The translations under genes and the position numbers were made by a program. A stretch of 64,000 bases of DNA from a virus: the IMG/VR virus record IMGVR_UViG_3300017917_002441, positions 32,001 to 96,000 of that record. The stretch is one strand, 5' to 3'. The stretch's first letter is position 1; every line of letters begins with the position of its first letter. Below the pieces are notes generated by a model. That model was not told the DNA's origin and did not search any database. It worked only from the letters and a program-made list of their open reading frames with translations. Below are positions 27,614-38,092 of this stretch, piece after piece.

Positions 27614-29941
27614 ATGACGCAAATTACAGTTGTTAAACGGAGCGGTCAAAAAGAGCCGCTGGTGATCGAGAAGTGGCAAGCTCAAGTGGCCAAGGTCTGC
27701 AAAGGTATAGCAGATGTTAGTCAAAGCATGATTGAAATCAAGGCACAGCTACATTTCTATGATGGTATTACTACACAAGAGATTGACGGCATTACATTAC
27801 GTGCCATTGTTGACCTTATTGACGTAGAGCAAAATCCTGATGTTGGCCACACCAACTATCAATACGTGGCTGGTAAGCAACGTCTATCAATGTTGAGGAA
27901 GGATGTTTACGGCGACTATACGCCTCCTCACCTCTATGAGATTGTCAAGAAAAACGTCAGCGTGGGTCTTTATACTCCTGAGCTATTAGAGTGGTACAGC
28001 GAGGAAGACTGGAACCGCATGAATGACATGATTGATCATGAAAAAGATGAGCACTATTCATATGCGGCTATTGAACAGCTGATTGAAAAATATCTTGTGC
28101 GCAATCGTGCCACAAAAGAAATTTATGAAACACCTCAGGTGCGATACATGGTTGCGGCTGCAACAGTGATGCACAAAGAGGAACCCAACAGCGCACGTAT
28201 GCGTTTGATCAAGGAGTATTACAATGCGGCTTCTGATGGCCTATTTACTCTTGCTACTCCTGTCCTCGCTGGTCTTGGTACACCTACCAAACAATTTAGT
28301 TCTTGCGTTCTTATTCGCAGTGATGATGATTTGGATAGCATATTTGCTAGCGGAGAAATGATGGCAAAATATGCCAGCAAACGTGCTGGCATTGGCTTAG
28401 AGATTGGTCGACTACGTCCATTGGGCTCGCCTATTAGAGGCGGCGAAATTATGCACACTGGCATGATTCCTTTCTTGAAGAAGTGGTTTGGTGACTTACG
28501 TAGCTGTTCACAAGGTGGCATTAGAAATGCAAGTGCAACAGTGTTTTATCCCATATGGCATCATCAATTTGATGACCTAATTGTATTAAAGAACAATCAG
28601 GGCACAGAAGAAACTCGTGTGCGCCACATGGACTATGGTGTTGTTCTATCTGCGTTCTTTTGGCGTCGTTTTAAGAATCAAGAAAACATTACTTTCTTTG
28701 ATCCTAATCAAGTACCTGACTTGTACGAAGCATTTTATCAAGACACCAAGAAGTTTGAAGAGCTGTATGTAAAATATGAAAAGCGCAATGACTTACGCAA
28801 AAAGGTCATGAGTGCTGAAGAAGTATTCAAAGGTGGTATTCTCAAGGAGAGGACTGATACCGGTCGCATCTATCTAGTGTTTATTGACAACGTCATGAAT
28901 CAAGGACCGTTTGACCCAGAATACCACACAATCTATCAGTCTAACCTATGCTGTGAGATCTTACTACCTACGAAACCATTCAAGCGACTTAACGATCCGG
29001 AAGGCCGAATTGCTCTTTGCACCCTTGGGTCCATTAACTGGGGTGCCTTCCGCAATCCTGAGGACATGCGTCGTGCTTGCCGCATACTCCAGCGTAGCCT
29101 TTGCAATATTCTGGACTATCAAGACTTCTTGAGCATTCAAAGCGAACTCAGCAACAAGGAAATACAGCCCTTGGGTATTGGTATTACAAACCTTGCTTAC
29201 TGGCACGCCAAGCGTGGATTCAAGTATGGAGAACACGATGCACTGGGCGAAGTTAAATCTTGGATGGAACATCAAGCATACTACTTGACTGAAGCCACTG
29301 TTGAATTGGCCAAGGAACGTGGAGCCTGTTTGCATAGTGATCGTACATGGTACGGTAAAGGCGTGTTTCCCTGGGAGCGTAGAGCGCAGGGTGTCAATGC
29401 ATTGGCCGACTTTACACCCGAACTTGACTGGGAACCTTTGCGTGAGCAAATGAAACAGTACGGTGTTCGCAACGCCACACTGATGGCAGTGGCTCCTGTA
29501 GAATCTAGTTCTGTTGTGATCAACTCAACCAATGGTATTGAAATGCCCATGAGTTTGATTACTGTTAAAGAAAGCAAAGCCGGATCACTTACTCAAGTGG
29601 TTCCCGAATATCATAAGCTAAAGAACAAGTACCAGCTAATGTGGGAACAAAAAGACTGCGACGGGTATTTAAAAACAGCCGCAGTGATTGCGGCCTATGT
29701 TGACCAAAGCATTAGTACCAATACATTCTACAATCCCGCACACTTTGCAGACCGTAAGGTCCCTACTACATTGATTGCCAAGAACTTGATGCAAGCACAT
29801 CAGTGGGGATTAAAGACGTTCTACTATAGCTTGATCAACAAGGCTGGAAGTAAGTCTACAAACACACAGCCCAACAACGTGCAGGCCATGGAGCCTGTAA
29901 ATTACGACGATGTTGAAGATTGCGAATCGTGCAAACTATGA
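27614..29941 (+). CDS. nrdA: Ribonucleotide reductase class Ia alpha subunit
   Basis: ATP-cone start VVKRSG, QFSSC, SNLCCEI, APVESSS, KTFYY, C-terminal CESC. Confidence 0.95.
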   Translation: MTQITVVKRSGQKEPLVIEKWQAQVAKVCKGIADVSQSMIEIKAQLHFYDGITTQEIDGITLRAIVDLIDVEQNPDVGHTNYQYVAGKQRLSMLRKDVYGDYTPPHLYEIVKKNVSVGLYTPELLEWYSEEDWNRMNDMIDHEKDEHYSYAAIEQLIEKYLVRNRATKEIYETPQVRYMVAAATVMHKEEPNSARMRLIKEYYNAASDGLFTLATPVLAGLGTPTKQFSSCVLIRSDDDLDSIFASGEMMAKYASKRAGIGLEIGRLRPLGSPIRGGEIMHTGMIPFLKKWFGDLRSCSQGGIRNASATVFYPIWHHQFDDLIVLKNNQGTEETRVRHMDYGVVLSAFFWRRFKNQENITFFDPNQVPDLYEAFYQDTKKFEELYVKYEKRNDLRKKVMSAEEVFKGGILKERTDTGRIYLVFIDNVMNQGPFDPEYHTIYQSNLCCEILLPTKPFKRLNDPEGRIALCTLGSINWGAFRNPEDMRRACRILQRSLCNILDYQDFLSIQSELSNKEIQPLGIGITNLAYWHAKRGFKYGEHDALGEVKSWMEHQAYYLTEATVELAKERGACLHSDRTWYGKGVFPWERRAQGVNALADFTPELDWEPLREQMKQYGVRNATLMAVAPVESSSVVINSTNGIEMPMSLITVKESKAGSLTQVVPEYHKLKNKYQLMWEQKDCDGYLKTAAVIAAYVDQSISTNTFYNPAHFADRKVPTTLIAKNLMQAHQWGLKTFYYSLINKAGSKSTNTQPNNVQAMEPVNYDDVEDCESCKL

Positions 29942-30630
29942 GGATAGGATTTTTTGGTGATAGCTTTTGTTCTGCCAAAGATACAAGGCAATCATTCAAC
30001 ACCTATATCTACAACATAGAAAAACACTACGGTGCAGACATAGTTAATCTAGGATACGGTGGTAGTTCTATATACGATTTGATAGCAATACAACTCAAGC
30101 CGTATATCAGTGACTTGTTGGATGTATATGTATTTGTGTGGACAGATTCTATGCGAGTGTTTCATAGAAGCATACGCAATTTAAAAAGTAATTTTGTAGG
30201 CAGTAAATCTGATCCAATTGCCAATGCAGTAAGAGATTACTACAAATACATTCACGACGACGAAGTGGCCCATCTTCAGTACGTGGCAACATTGCAATAT
30301 ATTGACAATCATATATTACCCCAGTTGCACAAGGCAAAAATTATACACATGTGGTCGTTTGGAAGGTTACCGCGGCATGCATGGGATAACAAAGAATTTG
30401 ACACAAACGAAATTGAGTATAACCATACATGGAAGAACGGAATAGAAGTACGTCCTCCGCTGATAACATTGGGCATGGTTGACAACAAGATTTCTAAAAC
30501 GTATAATGATCGTGTGCCAAATCACATACATGGTGATGTGTTAAATCAAACTTTGTCAGACATTATTATTGACATTGTTGATAACTATACAACTGCATCG
30601 TCGCCAGTAACTATTAGGAAAAATGCATGA
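29938..30630 (+). CDS. SGNH/GDSL-like hypothetical protein inserted between nrdA and nrdB
   Basis: FFGDSF, NLGYGGSS, WTD..R, C-terminal PNH. Confidence 0.55.
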   Translation: MRIGFFGDSFCSAKDTRQSFNTYIYNIEKHYGADIVNLGYGGSSIYDLIAIQLKPYISDLLDVYVFVWTDSMRVFHRSIRNLKSNFVGSKSDPIANAVRDYYKYIHDDEVAHLQYVATLQYIDNHILPQLHKAKIIHMWSFGRLPRHAWDNKEFDTNEIEYNHTWKNGIEVRPPLITLGMVDNKISKTYNDRVPNHIHGDVLNQTLSDIIIDIVDNYTTASSPVTIRKNA

Positions 30631-31727
30631 GCAAACAACAATATAATTTAAAAACCAAAACTGACTATCTACATCGCAAGATGTTCCTGGACCCAGCAGG
30701 CCCTGTGACCATTCAACGATTTGAAGAAGTTAAGTACAACAAGATTGCTAAATTTGAGCAAGAAGCTCGTGGCTTCTTCTGGGTACCAGAAGAAATCTCT
30801 CTAACCAAGGATGCCGCAGACTTTAAAGATGCGTCAGACACAGTGCGGCACATCTTTACGTCAAACCTACTGCGTCAAACCGCGCTGGATAGCTTGCAAG
30901 GTCGCGGCCCAAGTCAAATCTTTACCCCTGTGGTAAGTCTGCCAGAACTAGAAGCACTGGTGTACAACTGGACATTCTTTGAAACTAATATTCACAGTCG
31001 TAGTTACAGTCACATCATTCGTAACATTTACAATGTACCTAAAGAAGTGTTTAACACCATTCACGACACTGAAGAGATCGTTGGCATGGCAAGTAGTATT
31101 GGCCGGTATTACGACAAGTTACATGTGTTAAATTGTAACAAAGAGGCAGGATTTCATGTTGACGAACGTGAACACATTCATGCCATTTGGCTGGCACTCA
31201 ACGCCAGCTACGGCTTAGAGGCATTCCGCTTCATGGTGAGTTTTGCTACAAGTCTAGCCATGGTCGAGAATCGTATCTTTATTGGCAACGGCAATATCAT
31301 TAGTTTGATCTTGCAAGACGAAATCTTGCACAAAGAGTGGACTGCTTTCTTGATCAATCAAGTGGTCAAAGAAGATCCTAGATTCAAGGCCGCGCAAGTT
31401 GAATGCGAAGCTGAAGTGTACCAAATGTACCAGGATGTGATCCGTGAAGAAAAGGACTGGGCAGACTACTTGTTCAAAAAAGGTCCAGTGATTGGTCTTA
31501 ACGCCAATATTCTTAAAGACTTTGTGGACTACACAGCCGCAGGTGCGCTAAAGGAAATTGGTATCAAATATCAACATCCAGCACCCAAGACTACACCAAT
31601 CCCTTGGTTCAACAAACACGTTAATACATCAAACAAACAAACTGCACTTCAAGAAAACGAATCAACTAATTATGTTATTGGGGTGTTAAGTGACAATCTC
31701 AACTACGACGAGTTGCCGCAAATTTAA
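30627..31727 (+). CDS. nrdB: Ribonucleotide reductase class Ia beta subunit
   Basis: FWVPEE, LDSLQGR, ETNIHSRSY, LEAFRF, DEILH, QENE..NY. Confidence 0.95.
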   Translation: MSKQQYNLKTKTDYLHRKMFLDPAGPVTIQRFEEVKYNKIAKFEQEARGFFWVPEEISLTKDAADFKDASDTVRHIFTSNLLRQTALDSLQGRGPSQIFTPVVSLPELEALVYNWTFFETNIHSRSYSHIIRNIYNVPKEVFNTIHDTEEIVGMASSIGRYYDKLHVLNCNKEAGFHVDEREHIHAIWLALNASYGLEAFRFMVSFATSLAMVENRIFIGNGNIISLILQDEILHKEWTAFLINQVVKEDPRFKAAQVECEAEVYQMYQDVIREEKDWADYLFKKGPVIGLNANILKDFVDYTAAGALKEIGIKYQHPAPKTTPIPWFNKHVNTSNKQTALQENESTNYVIGVLSDNLNYDELPQI

Positions 31728-31743
31728 TTCAAGGAAGAAAGAA

Positions 31744-31971
31744 ATGACCAAAGCCATAGTATGGAGTAAGTATCACTGCCCTTATTGCGATCAAGCCAAA
31801 GCACTGCTAAAGCAAAAAGGAATCGCATTTGAAGAAAAGAAAATTGGTGACGGCTATACCAAAGAAGAACTGTTAGAAGCAGTGCCCACAGCACGTACAG
31901 TGCCACAGATTTTCCTTGATGGAAAATTAATTGGCGGATTTACCGAACTCAAACAACATTTACAAGGATAA
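31744..31971 (+). CDS. Glutaredoxin
   Basis: CPYC, TVPQIF, IGGF. Confidence 0.92.
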   Translation: MTKAIVWSKYHCPYCDQAKALLKQKGIAFEEKKIGDGYTKEELLEAVPTARTVPQIFLDGKLIGGFTELKQHLQG

Positions 31972-31972
31972 C

Positions 31973-32272
31973 ATGAATATCAACACCGGAGAAGTTTACA
32001 CACTCAAGCTCAATTCAGGCGAAGAGCTAATTGCCAAAGTTGTAGCACGTACAGACCAATATCTAACTGTAGAAAGTCCTGTAAGCGTGGCCCCTGGGCC
32101 GCAAGGCATGGGCTTGGTGCCAAGCTTGTTTACAGCTGATCCCCGTGAAAATGTCACAATAAATATTAACAGTGTAGCAGTTGTTGCCGTCACTGAAGAT
32201 GCTGTCAAAATGAAATTCATTGAAGCAACCACTGGTATCAAGGTGCCAGATAAAAAGATCATTATGGGATAA
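31973..32272 (+). CDS. Hypothetical protein (possible Sm-like fold)
   Basis: KLNSGEELIAK pattern common in T4-like phages. Confidence 0.65.
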   Translation: MNINTGEVYTLKLNSGEELIAKVVARTDQYLTVESPVSVAPGPQGMGLVPSLFTADPRENVTININSVAVVAVTEDAVKMKFIEATTGIKVPDKKIIMG

Positions 32273-32273
32273 T

Positions 32274-32561
32274 ATGCCAGGAGTACAACGCAAGGGGGAT
32301 CCAAATTCAGCAGGTGGTGTTGCCACAGGCGGAGTTTCATCAGTCAAAGTCAATGGTCGCCCCATAGTTGTCAATGGTATATCTGTGTCTCCGCACCCTT
32401 GTTGCGGACAGCGTGGTTGTCCTCCCATACATTGCAGTGCAAAAACCACAGGTGGTGTCAGCAGTGTCAAGGCTGGCGGAATACCAATAATAGTAAACGG
32501 TAACGCAGACACTTGCGGTCACCCAAGAACAGCCGGCAGCGGCGATGTGAGAGTAGGCTAA
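32274..32561 (+). CDS. PAAR spike-tip protein
   Basis: V.VNG.P, H, DTCGH, GS.DV.VG; Cys/His metal site. Confidence 0.85.
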   Translation: MPGVQRKGDPNSAGGVATGGVSSVKVNGRPIVVNGISVSPHPCCGQRGCPPIHCSAKTTGGVSSVKAGGIPIIVNGNADTCGHPRTAGSGDVRVG

Positions 32562-32562
32562 C

Positions 32563-33747
32563 GTGGCAAACAATAACAACACCCCTATCAGTCCACTGAG
32601 CTTAGAAGCTGGCGCTGGTTTATTAAACAATACCGGCGTCAAGCTTGGCGCCAATCTCACTGCCAACATCACTGCATATGAAACCACTAGCTTGGTTGCC
32701 AAACTTTTGCAAATACAAACCTTGGCAGCCACAGCAAACATTTCATCTGGCACACGTACCAGTCTGCAAACCATGGGCGCCAGCAGTGTTCCGGCACTGG
32801 GCGACTCAGTCCCAACTGCCAATCAAAACACACCGTATCCAGTGCCGCCACCTGGTGGTACTCCTTATTTGATTCCAGCCAGCAGTGCCAGTTTGTTCAG
32901 CGGCATCATTAGAGGTATTGGTAACACGTATCTTGGCAATGGTGATCTTGGCAAATTTGCACAAGCATACTTTTCCAGTTCGGGATATATCAGTCTTATC
33001 AACCCTGTTATCTTATCAGCGGCCAATGCCAACAACTATCTTGGCCCTACGTTTACTGACATGGACAACTTAATCACAGGCGATCTTGCACAAGCAAACT
33101 TGGCGTTCCCTGCGTTTGGTGAAGACTTGTCCAATTTGGGGTTTGCATTGAATTTAAAAAATCTTGATGCCCTGGGGTCACCGGCAGCATTGTTGCAGGC
33201 CTTGAGCCAGGCTGGAAACATGCCCACAGGAACCACGCCAGCAGTCAAAGCCGCGCTGAACGCCGTGGGCGTAACTGATGCAGAAATAACTGACTTAGTT
33301 ACAAACAATGTGTACAGTTTGTTCAATCCTGACGGACTGACAGAACCCGAATTCAACGCACTGCAAAAACGTGCATATTCTGGCTTGTGTAATGTTACTG
33401 GTGCTGACCTGCAAGATGTGCTGAACATACTTGACTGTACCACTGCCAACATTACACAGATGTGCGAGTTGTTGAATCCAGTTAAACTATTCCCCAACAG
33501 CTTCTTGAGCATAACACTGCCCACACCCAATGGTTCAATACTGGTGTATGGACCTGATGGCAGTGTCAATAGCGACATTGAACCCATTGTAAATTCAGGC
33601 CAGTTGGCACCAGTGGGCTGTGACGAATTGGCCAAGATTGTACCGCCGGCCAATGCTGTGGGTAGCAAAGCATTGCAAATTGCGTTACAACAGGTCAAGA
33701 ACATTGGTAGCTTGACAGCACCTCAACTAGCGGCGGTATTGATATGA
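32563..33747 (+). CDS. Probable baseplate/tail structural protein
   Basis: Follows PAAR gene; Ala/Asn/Leu-rich. Confidence 0.55.
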   Translation: MANNNNTPISPLSLEAGAGLLNNTGVKLGANLTANITAYETTSLVAKLLQIQTLAATANISSGTRTSLQTMGASSVPALGDSVPTANQNTPYPVPPPGGTPYLIPASSASLFSGIIRGIGNTYLGNGDLGKFAQAYFSSSGYISLINPVILSAANANNYLGPTFTDMDNLITGDLAQANLAFPAFGEDLSNLGFALNLKNLDALGSPAALLQALSQAGNMPTGTTPAVKAALNAVGVTDAEITDLVTNNVYSLFNPDGLTEPEFNALQKRAYSGLCNVTGADLQDVLNILDCTTANITQMCELLNPVKLFPNSFLSITLPTPNGSILVYGPDGSVNSDIEPIVNSGQLAPVGCDELAKIVPPANAVGSKALQIALQQVKNIGSLTAPQLAAVLI

Positions 33748-34580
33748 TCGAAAGTTTAAAGAATCTTCCGCTGTTACAGGCACAAACTCAGCCCTTGAGC
33801 TCGGCGTCGCAGAGTTTCTATGCCAATACTTTTGCCAGTGGCACTGGACCACAAGGTACTTTTACCATCACAGACTTTTTAGGCACTGCAATTGGTGTCA
33901 CTGTGGGTCCAATTTTTAAATCCACTGCTGATTTAATCTCATCACTGACTACAGCTGGTAGTCTAGCTGACTTGATTGAAATTTATGATGTCATGATTGG
34001 TTGCTTTCAAGGGCTTTATCCTGACCCACTCAATCCCCCCGACGGTATTGACATACCAGCGCCACTGCCTGGCGCAGGAATCTATGCTGACCTGGACAGT
34101 GCCATTACAGCTCTAGTGGCTTTGGCCAATGCAGAAATTACCAGTTTGGGAACCAGTCTTGGTGCCAATGCAACCGCACTCAACAGTAATTGGAATTCTA
34201 TTGTGAATCGAGTTGTGTACGAAGCCACAAACCAAAGCAAGGCCAGCTTGCAAATGTATGCTTTGATTCCCGGAGACAAAATGAGTGTCATGGCCCTGGT
34301 CACAGGATTAAACGGCATAGGCAATGAAACTGATTTGAATGGCCCAGCACAGTTTTTTGAAGAAATTGCTGACACAGCTGGACTGCCAGGACAAGCCATC
34401 ATTGGCGCATTACGTGAAGGAAGAAATGACACAGCTCTCAACAGTCAAGGACTTGGGCATGACAATGCAGTGTTGCCTACCCCCAGTGTAATACCACCGC
34501 CTGCGCCATTGCTGAATTCAGAATACACTGTAGCAGAAGCACGAGCATTTAATAGATTTAGGATCTTTAATAGACCTTGA
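33744..34580 (+). CDS. Probable structural protein
   Basis: Coupled; GQAIIGALREGRN. Confidence 0.55.
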   Translation: MIESLKNLPLLQAQTQPLSSASQSFYANTFASGTGPQGTFTITDFLGTAIGVTVGPIFKSTADLISSLTTAGSLADLIEIYDVMIGCFQGLYPDPLNPPDGIDIPAPLPGAGIYADLDSAITALVALANAEITSLGTSLGANATALNSNWNSIVNRVVYEATNQSKASLQMYALIPGDKMSVMALVTGLNGIGNETDLNGPAQFFEEIADTAGLPGQAIIGALREGRNDTALNSQGLGHDNAVLPTPSVIPPPAPLLNSEYTVAEARAFNRFRIFNRP

Positions 34581-34582
34581 TT

Positions 34583-34664
34583 TGTTGCATTTTTACAACA
34601 CCAAAAACCCTACTTTTTGTAGGGTTTTTCTTTGGTTGACCAATATTTCCCAATTTGCTATAAT
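34583..34664 (+). promoter_or_regulatory. TGTTG-N8-CAACA palindrome, terminator hairpin and sigma70-type promoter
   Basis: Palindrome 34583-34600; hairpin 34603-34629; TTGACC(34636)-17-TATAAT(34659). Confidence 0.75.
34603..34633. terminator. Probably bidirectional terminator
   Basis: AAAAACCCTAC-TTTTT-GTAGGGTTTTT. Confidence 0.75.
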
Positions 34665-34696
34665 AATGACATAGCGTAACAAAACAGGAGTTCAAA

Positions 34697-34891
34697 ATGG
34701 CATTTGAAAAAACCATGCTTGCAGTGGCAGAAGATTGCGGACTGGAAGGCGCCTACTTTGCATACGGTACTATGTTTGTTCCAGTAGAAGGTGTAACAGA
34801 CGAAACTTTGGCCCGCTTCAAAGGCGAACTGGCTTACAACAAGATCCAAGTCTGCACAGCTGGCGACGAAGTAGCAATTGACTTCGTTTGA
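34697..34891 (+). CDS. Hypothetical early protein
   Basis: AGGAG SD after promoter. Confidence 0.7.
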   Translation: MAFEKTMLAVAEDCGLEGAYFAYGTMFVPVEGVTDETLARFKGELAYNKIQVCTAGDEVAIDFV

Positions 34892-34916
34892 CCAATTAAT
34901 CCCATTTTGCTATAAT
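34888..34916 (+). promoter_or_regulatory. sigma70-type early promoter
   Basis: TTGACC-17-TATAAT with TG extension. Confidence 0.75.
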
Positions 34917-34945
34917 ATAGGTATAGTGAACAACAAGGAGCCGCA

Positions 34946-35227
34946 ATGACTTACGCAACTATTCAAGAAATCAACAGCTCAATCATGTTTGGCGAGCTTA
35001 CTAATGATCAACTGGATTCTGTAATCTCAGCAGTGAAGTACGCTCGTGCTCAAATCACTAAACAAAACGCCCGCACCTTGCGCATTGGTGCCAATGTAAA
35101 ATTTACTAGCCACCGGACTGGTCAGACCATTACCGGCACAGTAGAATCAATCAAAATTAAAAACGTTATTGTCAGCACTTCCCTGGGCCGCTATCGTGTG
35201 CCAGCTAACATGCTGGAGGCAATATGA
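34946..35227 (+). CDS. Hypothetical early protein (SH3-like C-terminus)
   Basis: AAGGAG SD; IG.NVKF...G.V..I..K. Confidence 0.7.
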   Translation: MTYATIQEINSSIMFGELTNDQLDSVISAVKYARAQITKQNARTLRIGANVKFTSHRTGQTITGTVESIKIKNVIVSTSLGRYRVPANMLEAI

Positions 35228-35388
35228 AGACTTTTCGTGCATGGGTGCATGAGTTGTGGTTGCAAAACTGCGACGAACTGTTTGAGTTTCATCAAATGCC
35301 CTATGATCAAAAAGAATATTTCAACAAATACAAGTATTGGCTAAAACGAGAGTATCGTTTTCAAAGGAGTAAACAACATGGGTCTTGA
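35224..35388 (+). CDS. Small hypothetical protein (54 aa, not in ORF track)
   Basis: GGAGG SD; MKTFRAWVHELW...YWLKREYRF; fills gap. Confidence 0.65.
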   Translation: MKTFRAWVHELWLQNCDELFEFHQMPYDQKEYFNKYKYWLKREYRFQRSKQHGS

Positions 35389-35794
35389 TATGTACGCATA
35401 CGTGGCACACCGTGCCGGTCAGCGAAACGATTTCTATGAGGGCGGAGATTTTGATCCCGATACTCACGATTTTAAAAACCCTGCTGTACCAAAGCCACGT
35501 GAAATTGCTTATTGGCGCAAGCATCCTAATCTGCATGGTTGGATGCGTCAACTGTGGGAAAGCAAAGGCAACGAAGGCGAGTTCAACGGTGACGAGCTGG
35601 AACTTACCCGCGAAGACATTGACCAGCTGGAGCAAGATATTCTTGATGGCACCGTGGCTGGCATCAGCGAAATAGGTTTTTTCTTTGGTAACCCTTCAGA
35701 CGACTACTACCGTGAACAAGATCTTGAGTTTGTCAAGAATGCACGAGCTGAGTTGTTCATGGGCTTCAAAGTGTTTTACAATAGCTCTTGGTAA
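35378..35794 (+). CDS. Hypothetical phage protein (MGLDMY...YWRK family)
   Basis: MGLDMY, YWRKHPNLHGW, GFFFG, YNSSW. Confidence 0.75.
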   Translation: MGLDMYAYVAHRAGQRNDFYEGGDFDPDTHDFKNPAVPKPREIAYWRKHPNLHGWMRQLWESKGNEGEFNGDELELTREDIDQLEQDILDGTVAGISEIGFFFGNPSDDYYREQDLEFVKNARAELFMGFKVFYNSSW

Positions 35795-35803
35795 GGAACA
35801 GCA

Positions 35804-36025
35804 ATGCCTACAGTAGAAACTTATGTTGAAGTTGACGTTGAACTCGACGACTTTGACGATGATGACCTTATTGAAGAACTGGAACGGCGAGGACTTGGGC
35901 TTGAAATTGCAAACCAAAGCGGTACTGAATTGATTACCGCAATATTTGAAAAGCGCCGCATGGGTCGTGACTATCAGCGCGAGCTTGATGAACTAATTTA
36001 CATGGGCATTGGGAGATTTGTTTGA
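35804..36025 (+). CDS. Hypothetical acidic protein
   Basis: DDDLIEELERRG. Confidence 0.7.
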   Translation: MPTVETYVEVDVELDDFDDDDLIEELERRGLGLEIANQSGTELITAIFEKRRMGRDYQRELDELIYMGIGRFV

Positions 36026-36480
36026 AAGAAATATTCTACAAAAAGGTAGGCCGCAGGTACGTTCCTGTTAGCGAGTATGACAGTGACTTGATGAGTGCGT
36101 TTCCCAAAGGCGCACACTTGGTGATGACATACCCTGGCGGCCGTAGCACACGATACAATGTTGACATTGCTTATGCTCCCATGCTTGCGGCTGCACGTTC
36201 GGCAGAAGATCGCATTGCCAATGCCATTGTCAAGGCATCTGAAATGCGTCCAAGTAAAACGCCAGTGACTGAATCTCAAGCACGTGCCTGGCGCAAGCTA
36301 CAAAAAGAATTTGGCGACGAACGTTATGCAGTACAGATTCCTGCCGCACGTGACATTGCCGAAGCTGGCGTGCAGGCCATGATGGAAGAAGCACATGAGC
36401 TTATGGCAAATCCTGTAGTACGCAAGGCCTACGATGAGTTTATGTTAGTATGTAAATTGGCCTCAACGGAGAGTAAATAA
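36022..36480 (+). CDS. Hypothetical protein
   Basis: YKKVGRRYVPV; coupled. Confidence 0.7.
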   Translation: MKEIFYKKVGRRYVPVSEYDSDLMSAFPKGAHLVMTYPGGRSTRYNVDIAYAPMLAAARSAEDRIANAIVKASEMRPSKTPVTESQARAWRKLQKEFGDERYAVQIPAARDIAEAGVQAMMEEAHELMANPVVRKAYDEFMLVCKLASTESK

Positions 36481-37853
36481 TGATAGATGTACAAGACGCA
36501 CGTTTTGAGGGACTGAAGTTGGCCGCAGACTGGATCCGAGATCTCGAAAGCTCTGATAGCCGTATTCACAAAGAGAAAGTCATTGAAAAAGCTTTGATGG
36601 CTGCAAAATTGGGCAGTGCCAATGCCCAATGTTTTTTGTTCAACTGCTACCAGGCATACAATCCTTTCTACACGTTCAACATTCGGCAAGTGCCAGATAC
36701 TGAAGGTCTAGAAGGGCGTGCCAATCCGTGGCCACGTTTCTGGGCACTGCTGGAAAGTCTGCGCACTCGTTCAGTGACTGGCAACAATGCTCGCCAAGCC
36801 ATTGATGACCTTAGCCAAGACTTTGATAGCGAAGAGTGGAATCTAATCTGCGCACGTGTTATTCGCAAAGATCTTCGATGTGGCATCAGTGAAAAGACTT
36901 TGAACAAAATCCTTGGCAAGACTGAGTGGAAGATTCCTGTGTTCAGTTGCCAACTGGCGCAAGACAGCACAGATCAGCCTAAGAAAATGCGTGGCACCAA
37001 ACGACTAGAAGTCAAGCTGGACGGTGTGCGTGTGCTGGCCGTGGTGCAAGGCATGAGTGTAAGCTTGTTCAGTCGCAACGGCAAAGAGTTTGCTAACTTC
37101 CCACAAATTGCCAAGGCAATTCAAGTGCATCGTTCAGCGTTTCAAAGTCACTTGGGTTCAGGTGGTCGCTTTGTGTTGGACGGTGAGATTGTGGGCGAAA
37201 GCTTTCAAAAGCTCATGAAGCAAGCACATCGCAAAAGCGATGCCGAAACAGATGGCATGGTGTATCACATCTTTGACATTCTGCCCTTGGATGACTTTCA
37301 ACGTGGCTTCTGGAATGCGCAACAGCAAAAACGATTGGACATTCTAGATCGTGCTCGTGGCAAATTGGAAGAAGATTCTGACTGTTTGCGCATCATGCCT
37401 GGCCTAGACGTAAACTTGGACACCAGCGAAGGGCATGACATCATGCGCCGCTTTGCAGAAGATGCAGTGGACCAAGGCTTTGAAGGTATCATGATCAAAG
37501 ACATTGGCGCACCGTATGAGTGTAAGCGTAGTAGTTTTTGGATGAAGTGGAAGCCCACAATCAGCGTTGATTTGGAAATCGTGGGATTTGAAGAAGGCAC
37601 TGGGCGCAATGCTGGTCGCTTGGGTGCAATTATTTGCGAAGGAGTTGACAATGGACGTAACATTCGTGTTAATGTTGGTAGCGGTTTGTCTGATAGCGAT
37701 CGTGATGAGTATTGGGACGCCCGCGATAACTTACTTGGTCACTTGGTTGAAGTCCAAGCTGATGCGGTAACACAAAACCAAGACGGCAGCTACAGTCTGC
37801 GGTTCCCAAGGTTCCTGCGGTTCCGTGATATTGAAGCAGGAGACAAAATCTAA
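36480..37853 (+). CDS. ATP-dependent DNA ligase
   Basis: EVKLDGVR, SRNGK, LDGEI, EGIMIK, WMKWK, SLRFPRF. Confidence 0.95.
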   Translation: MIDVQDARFEGLKLAADWIRDLESSDSRIHKEKVIEKALMAAKLGSANAQCFLFNCYQAYNPFYTFNIRQVPDTEGLEGRANPWPRFWALLESLRTRSVTGNNARQAIDDLSQDFDSEEWNLICARVIRKDLRCGISEKTLNKILGKTEWKIPVFSCQLAQDSTDQPKKMRGTKRLEVKLDGVRVLAVVQGMSVSLFSRNGKEFANFPQIAKAIQVHRSAFQSHLGSGGRFVLDGEIVGESFQKLMKQAHRKSDAETDGMVYHIFDILPLDDFQRGFWNAQQQKRLDILDRARGKLEEDSDCLRIMPGLDVNLDTSEGHDIMRRFAEDAVDQGFEGIMIKDIGAPYECKRSSFWMKWKPTISVDLEIVGFEEGTGRNAGRLGAIICEGVDNGRNIRVNVGSGLSDSDRDEYWDARDNLLGHLVEVQADAVTQNQDGSYSLRFPRFLRFRDIEAGDKI

Positions 37854-38092
37854 TGGGCAATTTAGCTGACTATTTTTTCAACAATCGCTACAAGCCCCGT
37901 TGGCACATTGGCGATCGGGTGCAAGGCAAATGGAACAAAATTCCGTTTAGAGGTACAGTGGGTAATGACACCTTGATTAACGAAACTCAAGGCCCCAGAG
38001 TCACTGTGCATTTGGATTTGCCTATTTTGCTCAAAAGCGAATTGCACAGAATCATATTTGTCAAGCCGGACGAACTGAAAGAATTTAAATGA
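37853..38092 (+). CDS. Hypothetical protein
   Basis: Coupled ORF. Confidence 0.65.
   Translation: MGNLADYFFNNRYKPRWHIGDRVQGKWNKIPFRGTVGNDTLINETQGPRVTVHLDLPILLKSELHRIIFVKPDELKEFK

Noticed and set aside
29938-30630. Homing endonuclease or intron between nrdA and nrdB
   Set aside because: No HNH/GIY-YIG/LAGLIDADG motif; both nrd genes are uninterrupted; ORF is SGNH-like
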